DNA from: Chrysomallon squamiferum
Taxonomy: Eukaryota > Animalia > Mollusca
Reading direction: 5' to 3'
NCBI GenBank assembly: GCA_012295275.1
Contig: CM022678.1
Span: forward strand, 12,524,001-12,588,000
Length of the DNA stretch: 64,000 bases
Shown here: positions 37,413 to 50,220 of the stretch, one piece after another
Layout: every line of letters starts with the position of its first letter
How positions within the stretch are numbered: position 1 is the stretch's first letter
Translations under genes and position numbers: made by a program
The notes under the pieces: model-generated
What the model was told of the DNA's origin: nothing
Seen by the model: the letters and a program-made list of their open reading frames with translations, nothing else
The model's database searches: none

Positions 37413-38732
37413 GTACAAATTTGCAAGCTCCTTAGGCTTCAGCATGAAAGAAGCAAAATAATTTTTAAAAAAATGCAAAAATCTCATTGAAACCTGTCAT
37501 TATATCTTTTAACCCACAGCAGCTGAAACCCAGTATTTCTCTGTAACTGTAAAGTTCTGATATGCTTATTATGAGATCACAGCTAGACCACATTCATATA
37601 TTGCATCAGTTGATGAATATATCATTAATACATAAAAACAGATATATCAGGACAGCATATATTATCTGTGCAACCAGCAATCATTGAATAAAAGTTTGTC
37701 TCTTAATATATATAATCTCACCTGTACACATACACATAATAAAAGCATATTATTCTACTGAATATGTATTTTCATTTATTTATTGTTTAACATTAGAAAA
37801 ATTGGTAGTTTAAAGGAGGAAAGTTGTTCAAGCATGGATAATCTGCCCTCCCCTTCTGCAGCTTATGATTTAAGTTTTGTAATTCTTATTTCTAGTTAAC
37901 AAAATTCTGAGGGTATTTAGTACACTGGTGTGAAACTATTGAGGAAAATGCTTTTTTTTTAAATGTGTTGTTGTGAAAGTGTGAAAATTTCATCTAATTC
38001 TATAACTTAAAGCTCTGGGAACTAGTAGTTCACCTGGGAGAATGAATATTCTTTTACAATTATTAATAAATATATAATGAATTAAGGTGGCTTATTATAT
38101 TTGCAGTCAAGATCAAGACCATCTGATTATCTGGAAATGACACATAATCATAAAAATTAAAAATTGGAAGTTATATATCTAGTGACTGAAGTTTAATGTG
38201 CACTTGTGACCATCTTGAAAATGTTGAAATATGAAATAAAATTAAATGTAGTAATTTTTGGTACTGACATAAATTTATTACTGTTATAATTTTCCGATAT
38301 CCTGTTACTGATTTATTTACAGTTCTAATTAATTTCGGTAACTGCTTATGTCCGACACTATATAAAATGATTAAAATTTTAGGAATTACAAATAATTACG
38401 ATTATACCTATTCTCTGTGACACACACACACACACACTATAAAAAAAAAAAAAAAAAAAAAAGTAAACTACAGCTACATACAAGGAAGTTATTTAAATTA
38501 AGATTTATAAATTCTTGTAGTAATTATAAACGGAACGAAATTAACATACACCTGTTTTATTTATTTGCTCAGACTTCGTATAATATAATCGCGTTCTTTC
38601 CTTTTTCTTTTCTTTAATCAGTTGATTAAAGTTTTAATTGAAAAAAGTAGTATATAAAAATTTATCTGTCCTAAAAATAGCAACAGGTTCGTTAAAATTA
38701 ACGAACTGTCCCAAAATATACGTTGCGAAGCA

Positions 38733-38750
38733 TCTGATGACGTCATCAGA
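38733..38750. promoter_or_regulatory. 18-bp perfect palindrome containing a full CRE (TGACGTCA), with TATA-like elements downstream
   Basis: TCTGATGACGTCATCAGA is its own reverse complement. TATAAAAAGG lies at ~38811 and TATAAAT at ~38856. The site is ~710 bp upstream of the ATG exon of the acidic protein. Confidence 0.45.
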
Positions 38751-39459
38751 ATTAACTAATGTCATATCAACAGCGATATTGCTGCAAATTAGCGAGCGAA
38801 TTTTTTATCTTATAAAAAGGTTTGCTTTTCTTTATTTTACTTTATTCTTTTTCGCTATAAATGTAACAAAAAGTTAATAATTTGAAAGTGATAATTTATT
38901 TAATACGTTAATTTCAATTTGAATTATGAAGCTTACGTCTCGCAAATAATTACCTAGTAACTTTCGTCAACATTAACATCAATAAACAACTAATTAATTC
39001 TGGTCATGAATGACACAAAACAAAACGTGCAACTTTAATTAATGCTCTGATATTTTATGTAATTTACGATTTATCAAATTATGTAGACCCCTAACTTTTA
39101 TTACACTAAATTAAACTTTGCAGTTTTAACTGCACTAAAATAAAGAAAACAAATCGTAAAACAAACAAAATCGGTCAAAAATGTATTAATCATGAACAGA
39201 TTATCTCTCTGAATAAAAGGGTTTAGATTAGATTAGAATAAGTATCATTTAAAAAAAATGTTAAATGCAAAATAACTTTAGAATTGTGTCTATAATAATA
39301 ATAATAACAATTGTTGTTGTTGCCATTATTATTATTATTATCACAATTATTATTATTATTATTATTATGATTGTGTTGTTGTTGCTGTTGTTGTTGTTGT
39401 TGTTGTTGTTGTTAATTGTATTGTTACTAATCAAGTTTTGTTTTCAATTTCTGAAATAG

Positions 39460-40084
39460 ATGAACATTTTCTTCATATTAGTTTACTTCATTCTTCTGAT
39501 GAAGATATGCTCTTTCAGACCAGTTAGAAAGGTATAATCAAGATGAAACAGGACAGCATGCACGTTCACACACATACACACACAGACATAAACATAGACC
39601 TAGAGAGACAGGCATATGCATACACAAACACACATATATCTATATATCTACATAAACACACACACATCATATAAACACAGATACTTACACACAAACAAAC
39701 ATACATGTGAAAACACAGATACATACATATGCACACACAAACTTGATATCTGTCATAATGCACACACAGACACAAAACAATGCCTACACACTCATATTAA
39801 ATGAAGATGATGATGGTGGTAAGTGTCAAAGTTTATTTATAGATAAATATGGAAGAAAAGCACTCTGAAGAGAGAAGAAATGTTGATTATATCAAGAAAG
39901 ATAACTCTCTAAGTAGACAGTTCAGACCAGTCCTGGACTCAGATTCCAGTGTGCTTTTCAAAAGAGGTAAAATTTGTAATTAATAGTATCATATTCTTGT
40001 TCATGTCTTCATTAATCTATATGTTTTTGTTTTTTTAATTAATATATTGTTATTTTTTATTGCCTTATTTTGTCATTTTGTTAT

Positions 40085-40182
<98 letters not shown>

Positions 40183-42052
40183 ATTTCTGAGCCAACAGAT
40201 GGTTGCATTACATGTAAAATTCGGACAAATTAAACTTACGTTTTCACTAATTAGTTCAGTGGAGATATCAGTGAAACATAGGTTTTTATAAATGAAGAAC
40301 AAAATTTCTGAAAAGTTGTGAGACTGAAACACATTAAATATGGGTCTCATTATATAATAAACATTGTTATCTGCATAGGAAAAATAAAACTGTAACTTTG
40401 TCTACAGAAACAAGTTTACATTTTACAAGGAAAGGATAATAACATATTTACACTAAAAATACTAGATAAATTATAACATTTTACATAACATGAAAACAAG
40501 CAATTCCTTTCACTAGATTGTCTTTACTTCAGTTTATTTGTTACAGAAGCCAAGACAGCTAAACAGCCAGAAGATGATATCAAAGACAAAGGACATAGTA
40601 AACATCTTACTCTCAATCTGGACTTGGATTTTAAGTTTAACAGTGCTATTCCCAGGGCTCCTATGGATTCTGGTCACAGCCGCAGTCAAAACACAGTCGG
40701 CTTAATGGACATTCTGAACCCTCTCAGATATTTCAGTGTTGCCTTCAGCCCTGACACTGGCAATCCCACTGATATTCATAGTCCTGTATCAACTGACAGA
40801 TTTAACACAACTAATGAATCTAACACAACTGTTATCCAGATCTTTCTAGCTGGTGGGTCAGTAGCACCTACAGGACAAAAGGACAAAACCTTTCACCAAG
40901 AGAAAGTGGAGAATATTCAGACCCATCCAGTTGTGGTCATCAGTTCAAATCAACAGTTTCAAAATGATCTGGATAATAGTGGTAAAGAACTGTATGATAG
41001 TAAAAAGGCCTTGGTCGGTAGACAGAAGGACATGGAAGATAGACAGAATGAACAGGATGATAGTCAGAAGGAACAAATTAATAGTAAGAAAGAACAGGAG
41101 TATAATAAGAAGGAACTGGATGAAACAGAGAATGAACAGGATGATAATAAGAAGGAACTGGATGAAACAGAGAATGAACAGGATGAAAATAAGAAGGAAC
41201 TGGATGAAACAGAGAATGAACAGGATGAAAATAAGAAGGAATTGGATGAAACAGAGAATGAACAGGATGATAGACAGAATGAACAGGATGATAATAAGAA
41301 GGAATTGGATGAAACAGAGAATGAACAGGATGATAGACAGAATGAACAGGATGATAATAAGAAGGAATTGGATGAAACAGAGAATGAACAGGATGATAAT
41401 AAGAAGGAACTAGATGAAACAGAAAATGAACAGGATGATAATAAGAAGGAATTGGATGAAACAGAGAATGAACAGGATGATAGACAGAATGAACAGGATG
41501 ATAATAAGAAGGAATTGGTTGAAACAGAGAATGAACAGGATGATAGACAGAATGAACAGGATGATAATAAGAAGGAATTGGATGAAACAGAGAATGAACA
41601 GGATGATAATAAAAAGAAATTGGATGAAACAGAAAATGAACAGGATGATAATAAGAAGGAATTGTATGAAACAGAGAATGAACATGATGATAATAAGAAG
41701 GAACTGGATGAAACAGAGAATGAACAGGATGATAGTGAGGAGGAGGAGCTTTATGAAATGGAGGAGGAACTGGAGGAGATGGTAACAAAGATTATAACTA
41801 GACGAGAGTATCGTCAAAACATTCGTGAAATACACGAAGTTGTCTTATCAATAAAGAAAGTGTCTGCTGAAAAAATTACTGCAAAGGAGATGCTGAACAA
41901 ATTAAAAGGTGTGTAATCATTTCATATTTCATACATTTTCTACATATTTTGATGCAGAAACACACTTGTATTATTTAGCAATTTCAATTCATCATTATTT
42001 TTATTTGAAATAATGAAAGTTCAATTATGTAAATCAATATTATTATTGTTGA

Positions 42053-42086
<34 letters not shown>

Positions 42087-42504
42087 CATCACAGGTATAA
42101 AGAAAAAGCTTGAAGATTGTTTCTTGCTTAGACCTGATGATGAAGCTGGGCTGAACACTTATACCCACCTCGTTGATGTGGCTCTACTGTATGGAAATGA
42201 TGAACATGTTGGACCTGACCTCAGCCAGTCAGATGGTGCAGCTAAACCAAGTGTAAAGATAATTCCTCTCTCAGCTGATGGAACTGAAAAGAATGTTGCT
42301 ACACAGAAAGATGAACGAGCTGTTCATGTTTTCCATCAGCACAACAGAGAAAGTTCTCAGTCAGATGAGGAATCTGATGCTGAATGGCAAATGAAAACCA
42401 CAGAAATAATTAAAGATTGTGATGAATTCAGTGACAATCAAGAAATAAAAAATCTTGGATCAGGTATCAGCAAAACAGTAGCCAGGAACAAAAAGTTTGT
42501 GTGA
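39460..42504 (+). CDS. Secreted, highly acidic (D/E/N/K-rich) heptad-repeat protein, ~655 aa (exons 39460-39531, 39843-39966, 40547-41908, 42095-42504)
   Basis: Exon 1 encodes a hydrophobic signal-like MNIFFILVYFILLMKICSFRPVRK. All junctions are GT-AG with matching phases (0, 1, 1), and the spliced length of 1968 nt is in frame. This joins the track ORFs 40624-41916 and 42013-42504. Confidence 0.75.
40960..41745 (+). repeat. Coding tandem repeat built from 21-nt units (42- and 63-nt higher-order units)
   Basis: Heptads NKKELDE / TENEQDD / RQNEQDD, with diverged heptads (SGKELYD, SKKALVG, SQKEQIN) at the 5' edge. Confidence 0.95.
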
Positions 42505-42553
42505 TACCTACATTTTTTCTCACACTAACAGCTTTAAGATACAGATTTATAGG

Positions 42554-42594
<41 letters not shown>

Positions 42595-43638
42595 GTAAAT
42601 TAAAATATTTTTTCTCCAGAATTTCTTTTTTTTTAAATATTCTGATTTAATGAAAACGTAAATTTTTAAAGATTAAAATTTAATTTATACAGATTTTAAA
42701 AATGACAGCTGATGGTAAATTCTACACACAAGTAATTACAAAATCACAAAAACTCATTAATACAAAAACCTTATCAAACCAGTCAAATAAAAACTTGTTA
42801 GAAACAAAATAAACTGGTTTCATTATGCACAAACAAGCAACATTAATCCATAACTTGAAGCTTTGTTAATATTGACACTAAAAGAGTTTATGGCAACTTT
42901 AAAAACCTGTTGCTAGATTTTGTTTCTGCGTCCCCTGATTAGTGCAAGAAGAGTGAAAATAAGTGACTGAATGATAATAGGTTTATTAATGAAAACAATT
43001 GTTTTTTGTTTTTTTACAATGCATATACAAAGAGTAGTGGTAAGTTTTCTCTAAATACACAGCTGTCACAGTTTCTGATGTCAGATGACAAAGCATGATG
43101 TAGTTTCCTATGTTAATACCAGCACATCTAGAAAAAAAAATTCTCCCAGTTAGCTCAAATAGGCATATCTGTTGTCTCATGATTAGGCTATTTGTTATTT
43201 CCAAGTGTCTAAATATAAAGAGAGAGGAGAGAGAGTGATAGAACATGAGAAACAGTAAGAGAAAATAAACCTATCAGGTGCACTGAGAAGATTTCAGTAT
43301 TTCTCTGCTGTGGCCTGTGCATAATCCAAGCTATATAAAACTACACATTACTCATTCATTATGCAGTCATACATACATGTATATAACATAAAAAGTCACA
43401 CAAAGCACACACACATTATATAGATTTAATGTTTTCTGCATATAACAACATGTCAGGCCGTCTCCTTATAGATCTAAAGGTTAATCTTTGGGCTGCTTCA
43501 TTCCACAATCTATCAAGACAAAGTATTAATTATCACTGCTTTACCAAATTTAAAAATAATATTTAAACCATCTCTTAGTGGCTGCAGTGAGGAGAATGTA
43601 AACATATTATGATTAATGATTGTATGAATATGAAGATA

Positions 43639-43678
<40 letters not shown>

Positions 43679-44628
43679 AACTATTGTTAACAGCTGGAGC
43701 TCATAAAATTCAAAGAATGGGTTCACATTAATAATGTGAACAGATATATATGTATGCTGACAAAACACCCACATACACACTTATAGTATAGTAGAAAATT
43801 TATTATTTTGAAAACGTATTATCAGTATAGTTTGCTGCACAATCACAAGGTGTAATATTAAAAGGCACATAGACCCTTTCATGAAAAATGACATAGACAC
43901 AATGAAGAAAAAATGTGATCAAGAAATGCGACTGCCACATGTATATCATTAGCGACATTATAGCTATGGTGACGGTAATGATGATTTTAATTTTTGTTAC
44001 ACCTGAACTATATGCAAAAAAACGTGGACATAAGGTATCATTAACTTCATTTAACATAGATATTTCTTAATTCCTGTTATTAAAATTATTATTATTATTA
44101 TTATTATTATTCCCCCCCCCCGTTTACTTTGGTGTTCGGAAATGCTATTCATAGAAAGTGTATGCAAGCCAAGTCATTTAAGAAGATTTATTAATTAAAT
44201 AATATATTTATTATTTTTCATTAATATTGTTTGCGACAAAATGTACTTCTGATCAGATGAAACATTTTTTTGTATGTGTGAATTCAGCCGTTGACCTACA
44301 TATTCAAAGTGACAATAGCAATTCCAAAGCAAAGGGCGTGTTTGGTAGTTGCTTTTTATGACACAGATATTAAATATATTATCTGTTTTTATTATTCTTA
44401 ACAGTTTCACTTCTGCAAAAACTAACAGAATAAGTGAAGTTCGAACAGGGCGTTCATTGAATGCCCGTTGTGATGATACAGTTATTTTTATTCGAATCGT
44501 GTCTAATGTTGTGTTTTTTTGTTTGGTATTGTTTGGAATTGTACGGTAATCAGGTCCGTTGCTAACTTAGAGTTATCTCTCCTGAATACATCTCCTGTAT
44601 TCTGACTGAAAAAGTACCAAATGGGAAA

Positions 44629-47608
44629 ATGGCGTCTGCAAGAAAGGACAACGTGATTGCAGAGGACGATGAATACTTTCGGGAGATAATCAATGAAAGA
44701 AGCGTTGATGATATTTCTCTTGAATTTTTCTACAAACCGCATACCATAACATTATTGGTAGCGTCTATTTTGGGTTTGCTTTATTCAGTTTTCACAAGGC
44801 AAGTAAAAATGGCATTGCCAATAATGTATTTTATTGGAACGTGTTTTAATAATTTTCGATGATGTAATGACAAAGTTACAGTGAGAATTAAAAATCTCTT
44901 TTATTTAGTTTAAAATAACATGACAGTTTTAGAGTATTCTTATTAACTAATATTTACATGAATATAACAGCTACATATTATTTTTTGGAAAAGTACCGGT
45001 AAATTTATCATTTTAAAATTAATTATTATTATTATATCATTTTTAAGATTTTATGTCCATGAAAAACGGGTTACTAAAAATTGTTATATTTCTTGGAAAT
45101 CCCAGATAATATTGTTAGGATAACACCAATGAATGATTTTTTTTCGTTTTATTTTATTTTATTTCAATTTTTTTTTTTCATTTTTTTTTTTTTTTTCAAA
45201 AATTTAATTAATTATATTACAAATAAATACCTGTGCTGAACTGATCTTGAAAGCCACAGTAATAGAACACTTATTATTTGTTAATTAATTATGTAGTATT
45301 GTTAACTGAAATATTTTACAGAGCAAATGAATAAAGGAATAACCAGAATATTAAGAAATTAACTATTAACTGAGAAGAAAAATCATTATTTTTCATTGAT
45401 TGATTGAATATGAGATTTCTCTAGCTCTTAATAGTTCAAAATTATTTTGTGTATGTGTATATGCATGGCTGTAACTACACTGAGGCATATGCTTCATACC
45501 AAAATGGTAATTGTTTTTTGAATTTTGTTTTTATACAAAGATTTTTAATAATGTATAATATAAATCTCTATGCTGATAGAAACGGTATCCACTGAATGAA
45601 TTCATTTATGTCTATGGTTACCTTTTGTGATGAAAGACACACAATAAGTGACTGCAAAGTCTAGTTACTGCCATGATGTGTATGTGTGTATACAAACATT
45701 TATTATTTTATAAGCCAATATTTAATTTAAAAAAAAAAAGAAAAAAAAAGTTTTATTATAAAAACTATTTCGTAATTATTAAAGTATTTATTAGAAATAA
45801 CAAGTATATTACTAGATCAGTAGAAATTCTGATCAGGAAGTTGTGGGGCAGTAGTGATAGATGTGAAAAATTATCCAAAAAGTTTAAACTTCAGCATCAA
45901 GTAACAACACATTGTTCATCAACAGTTATGAATCATTAAAATGTAAAAATTAGATGGTTCTTACAGTACTGTTTTGTTCAAAGGAAGGTATATTCTGGCA
46001 TGTAAATACCCTCAGTGTCATTATGACAGTCTGCTGATTTGTAGTTTAATTTTCTGCTGAAATCACAGCTGTCATTTACATCAGTAAATGTTTATTTAAC
46101 ATTTTATGATCTTTTCACCTCATACATTTTAACACTCTTATATACTGAATGAAATAAATAAAAATTGTTTGTTGATTAGACATACTGACACGATGACATT
46201 ATTTCAATTAGTTTTATGTATTTGTTTTTATGTGCAAGTAATATAATATTAATGTTTATATTGGCTATAATATAGATTTTGAGTAAACTGTTGGTTTACG
46301 GTTTATGATTTGTAATTACTTTGTAAAATTGTACAAAACTGGTGATATGCTAGAGTGGTTGGTATCCAAGAATTTGGTGTAGGTTCAGTCACATTTTAAG
46401 ATAGATTTATTTTGTTAATTTAAATTATTATCTCTTATTTGTATTTCATTCTTCTTCTTTTTCCACTCTTATAATAATTATAATTATAATCATAATCGTA
46501 AATAAAAATAATAGAAATGTGTTTTAAATTATATTACAATAAGGTGGGAAATGTAGGCCCATTTCAAAATACCCCTTTAAATATTTTTATAATCAATGAT
46601 AAATACATAAAGAACATAAGCAGATTTCAGTTATTTTCATATATATATATATATATATATATAAAACTGTATTATCTTTTATCATGGTCTTTAAAATATT
46701 GATTATTTTGTGCTAAATGATTCCCTTGGCTATCTTTACAATATTATAATCTTTACCAAATGTTTATTCTTTGCCTCTTTCTCATAAACATAAACAATGC
46801 CAGCTGGCTGTCCTAACCACAAAAATAAAAGTTTCTGGGAGAAGTCTACCAAAATGTAAACAAATAAATAATATGTATTTATATAGTTTCTTATAGATTA
46901 TCAGTATTTGCTAATATATCCATCTATATTCAAAAGTTTAAAATTATATGAGGTAAATCCATAATGTTGATTTTTCCTAAAAATAGTAAGATGGATGGCA
47001 TTTTGAAAAAGAGCTTTACACTTCAGTATTATTTTTCTTAATATTTTTCCAGAAATGATGAATCATTTGAAAGCAATATATGGAGTGGTTTGTGCTGTGT
47101 TGCTTTCTTCTTTTTGATCATCAGTGTCCTCACATTTCCAAATGGTAAGTTATGTCCAGCCTGAACTCTGTAATTTTACATTTATGAATAATAAATTTAA
47201 TGTTTTTATTTTTTTATGTTTATATTATACTTAACTATGACACCAAATACCTACGACTTTTTTTTTTTTTTTTTTTTTAAATTAATATTTACATAGATAC
47301 TATTATGTGTACTGAATATGAGTAGGATGTGTTTTATAATTATATTTATTTTTAATTTAATTTAAATTATTTCAGTTTATTATTATTACTATTTTTTTTT
47401 ATACATATATAATAATATATATATATATATATCATTTTTATATATACATATTATATATTATTATATATGTATAAAAAATAAAATAGTAATAATAATAAAC
47501 TGAAATAATGTAAATAATTTAAAAAGAATAAAAATTAATTTTTAAATACTTTGTTGTATGAATACTTCTAAATCTTCATTTCAAATTTATATTACATTTA
47601 TGAAAATC

Positions 47609-47649
<41 letters not shown>

Positions 47650-49244
47650 AAAAAAAAAAAATTTAACTAAATGATAAAAATAAAATCTTAGTATGAAATT
47701 TATTTTTTATTAATAGGTCCTTTCACTCGACCCCATCCTGCAATATGGCGAATGGTGTTTGGTGAGTAATTTGTTTTTATTAGTTCAATACTGATCTGTT
47801 TACTTTAATTACTAGTTATTTGTAATTATTTCTTTCAACCTTGTTTTTGTATTTCTATAAAGTCATGCTGTTTATATTTTCACATTAACATATATATGTT
47901 TTTAGAAATTTGAATATAAATAACAGTCAGCTGTAATACTAAAGAAGTGTCCTGTATCCTCTTTTTTCCTTCTTCTAACCAGTGTTGCTTTGAACCTCAT
48001 TGTGTAGTTTTCTTACTGTAGGAAAGTATAAAAAGCCTAGAATTATATCTTTTGTACAAAGTGTTTGTCTGTATATATAAAAGATATAATTCTATGCTCT
48101 AATGAACAAGAACAGCTTCCTGTATTGTAGAAATGAATTTCCTTTTTTAATATTATTTGTTTGTCATGTTTGTTAAAGAACATTTAAAATGAGATTGCTA
48201 AACAAAATGATTCTTAAAATGAATACTTTACACAGGTGTCAGTGTTCTGTACTTCATGTTGCTGTTGTTTATCTTGTTTCTCACCTTTGATGACATTCAC
48301 AAGATGCTTGTCTGGCTCTATCCAGAACTTAAGGATATTGGACCTGATGAAAAAGTGAGTTTTAAATTTCTTATTGCAAGGACGTTTCTGGCATTTAATT
48401 TATTTTTTAAATTGTTATTTAGCAATTTTTCTGAGCACCTAATGTTAAATACTGTCTTAATTTGGACCAAAAAAATCTGTTTAGTTTTTCTCAAAACATA
48501 TATGTTGTGTAATTTTCATCTGGATATTTACTTCTGATCTTAACTAAATTTTTATTTGCTTTAGTTAGTATTTGCATAAGTTACTTAAATAATGTTTATT
48601 TAAATTTTCTTGCTCTTTGGTTATTCATTTTTCCTTTTTTTTAAAAATAACAGTCATTTTACTGGAGCAAGTTTCCTCATTTAATATCAGTTGTAAGCAA
48701 AGTTGTTATTTTTATTTTTTTAGGAATATGCTGTCAACTGCTCAGAGATCACATGGGAGCGAGTGTGGTCACACATGGATGTGTTTGCTTTCAGCCATTT
48801 TCTGGGGTGGGCAATGAAAGCCATCTTGATACGACATTATGGAATTCTGTGGACCATCAGCATTATGTGGGAGCTGACTGAGGTGTGTCTAGCTTTGGCT
48901 TTCTTTGTTTCTTAAATAAAGTGATCTGATTATGCTGAAATTGGTAATGTTTGCTGAGGTATGACTATAGAACTGTTAAATTATAATCATACTAGTTCGG
49001 TAAATTTTTGACTTAATTTTCATCCCTTTTTCTGAATTTCTGTATTTTTTCCCTCTTTTTCCCATTTCTTTATCTCTGTTGCCTCATTTCAGGTTGTATT
49101 TGCTCATCTTCTTCCAAACTTTGCTGAATGTTGGTGGGATTCATGGATACTTGATGTGTTGCTGTGCAACGGTCTTGGAATTTTTGTGGGCATGTACACC
49201 TGTAAAGTTCTGGAAATGAGGACATTCCACTGGGAAAGCATCAA
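44629..49244 (+). CDS. PTDSS1: Phosphatidylserine synthase 1, first six exons (44629-44798, 47053-47144, 47717-47761, 48236-48354, 48724-48882, 49093-49244); 3' part outside the window
   Basis: The spliced translation contains [81 protein letters not shown] and [12 protein letters not shown]. These closely follow PSS1 (base-exchange PS synthase). Exon phases are consistent. Confidence 0.95.
47366..47509. repeat. Near-perfect ~55-bp inverted repeat in PTDSS1 intron 2
   Basis: ATTATTTCAGTTTATTATTATTACTATTTT...ATACATATATAATAATATAT (47366-47420) pairs with 47453-47509. Confidence 0.85.
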
Positions 49245-49844
49245 GTAAGTCACCAACTGTCTGTCTGTCTGTCTTTCTGTTATTACATTAGTGTATAATA
49301 AAATTTGAATGATTCATGGACAGACAAATTTTATTATAATACATTAATGTCATTTCATAATTAGATAGATGTCTGTATGTTCATCATTTATTGTTTGTCC
49401 ATAGGTTTCTGTCTGTCTATCAGTAAGTTAAAATGTCCATCTTAATGTACATTAGTCTATTGGTAATACATGTGTAATTTTCCATTAGTTTATCTTCAGT
49501 CCAGTTAATCTAAGAACATTGATTCTTTTGAAATGTGCAAATAATGTGATCACATAACACACTGCTCAATAATACAATGGAAGGGTTTACTGCATAAAGC
49601 TTCCACTTCTTTGTATGTCCATCACGGTTATTGATCCCAGAAAGGACTCACCATCTGCCAAGATTTTTTTTACTTACAAGTGGAAATGAGGTTTTTGACA
49701 TCAGATTCTGAACAGTAAAATGGAAAGTTAAAACTTCCAGTTGAGAAAATCCTTGTAATATTTTTAGCTTGAATATCAGAATTTTCTAGTGATTAGTATT
49801 AATATCAGTAATATTACAATGGGTTTAATTGAGCTGCCTGAAGC

Positions 49845-50220
49845 TGAATACTTTGTGAACACATGAGTACAAATGTCTATAACTTTGTCAACAAAGAATT
49901 ATAAATACACACACACACACATGCACACTTTGTCAACACATGGATACAATATCTATTTTGTCCAAACATGAGTATCCAAATACCTATACTTTGTCAATAA
50001 GTACAAATATCTGTATTTTGTCAATATTTGAATACAAATATCCACACTTTGTTGTTCTGTGAGTACATTTTGTTCTGTGAGTACATTTTTTACTTTGTCA
50101 ACAGATTATAACAATTTTAGTGTGTGTGTGTGTTCTCACCACAGCAGTACACATATCTATACTGTTTCACTTTGTCAACTCTACTTTGTGAGTATACAGT
50201 TTTTTTTTTTTTTTGTCAAT
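49845..50220. repeat. Degenerate ~30-bp tandem repeat
   Basis: Recurring ACTTTGTCAAC(A)...GAGTACAAATATCTAT motif. Confidence 0.7.

Noticed and set aside
40931-41835. Alternative-frame and antisense ORFs over the acidic repeat
   Set aside because: Shadow frames of a stop-poor tandem repeat. Only the D/E frame connects to flanking spliced exons.
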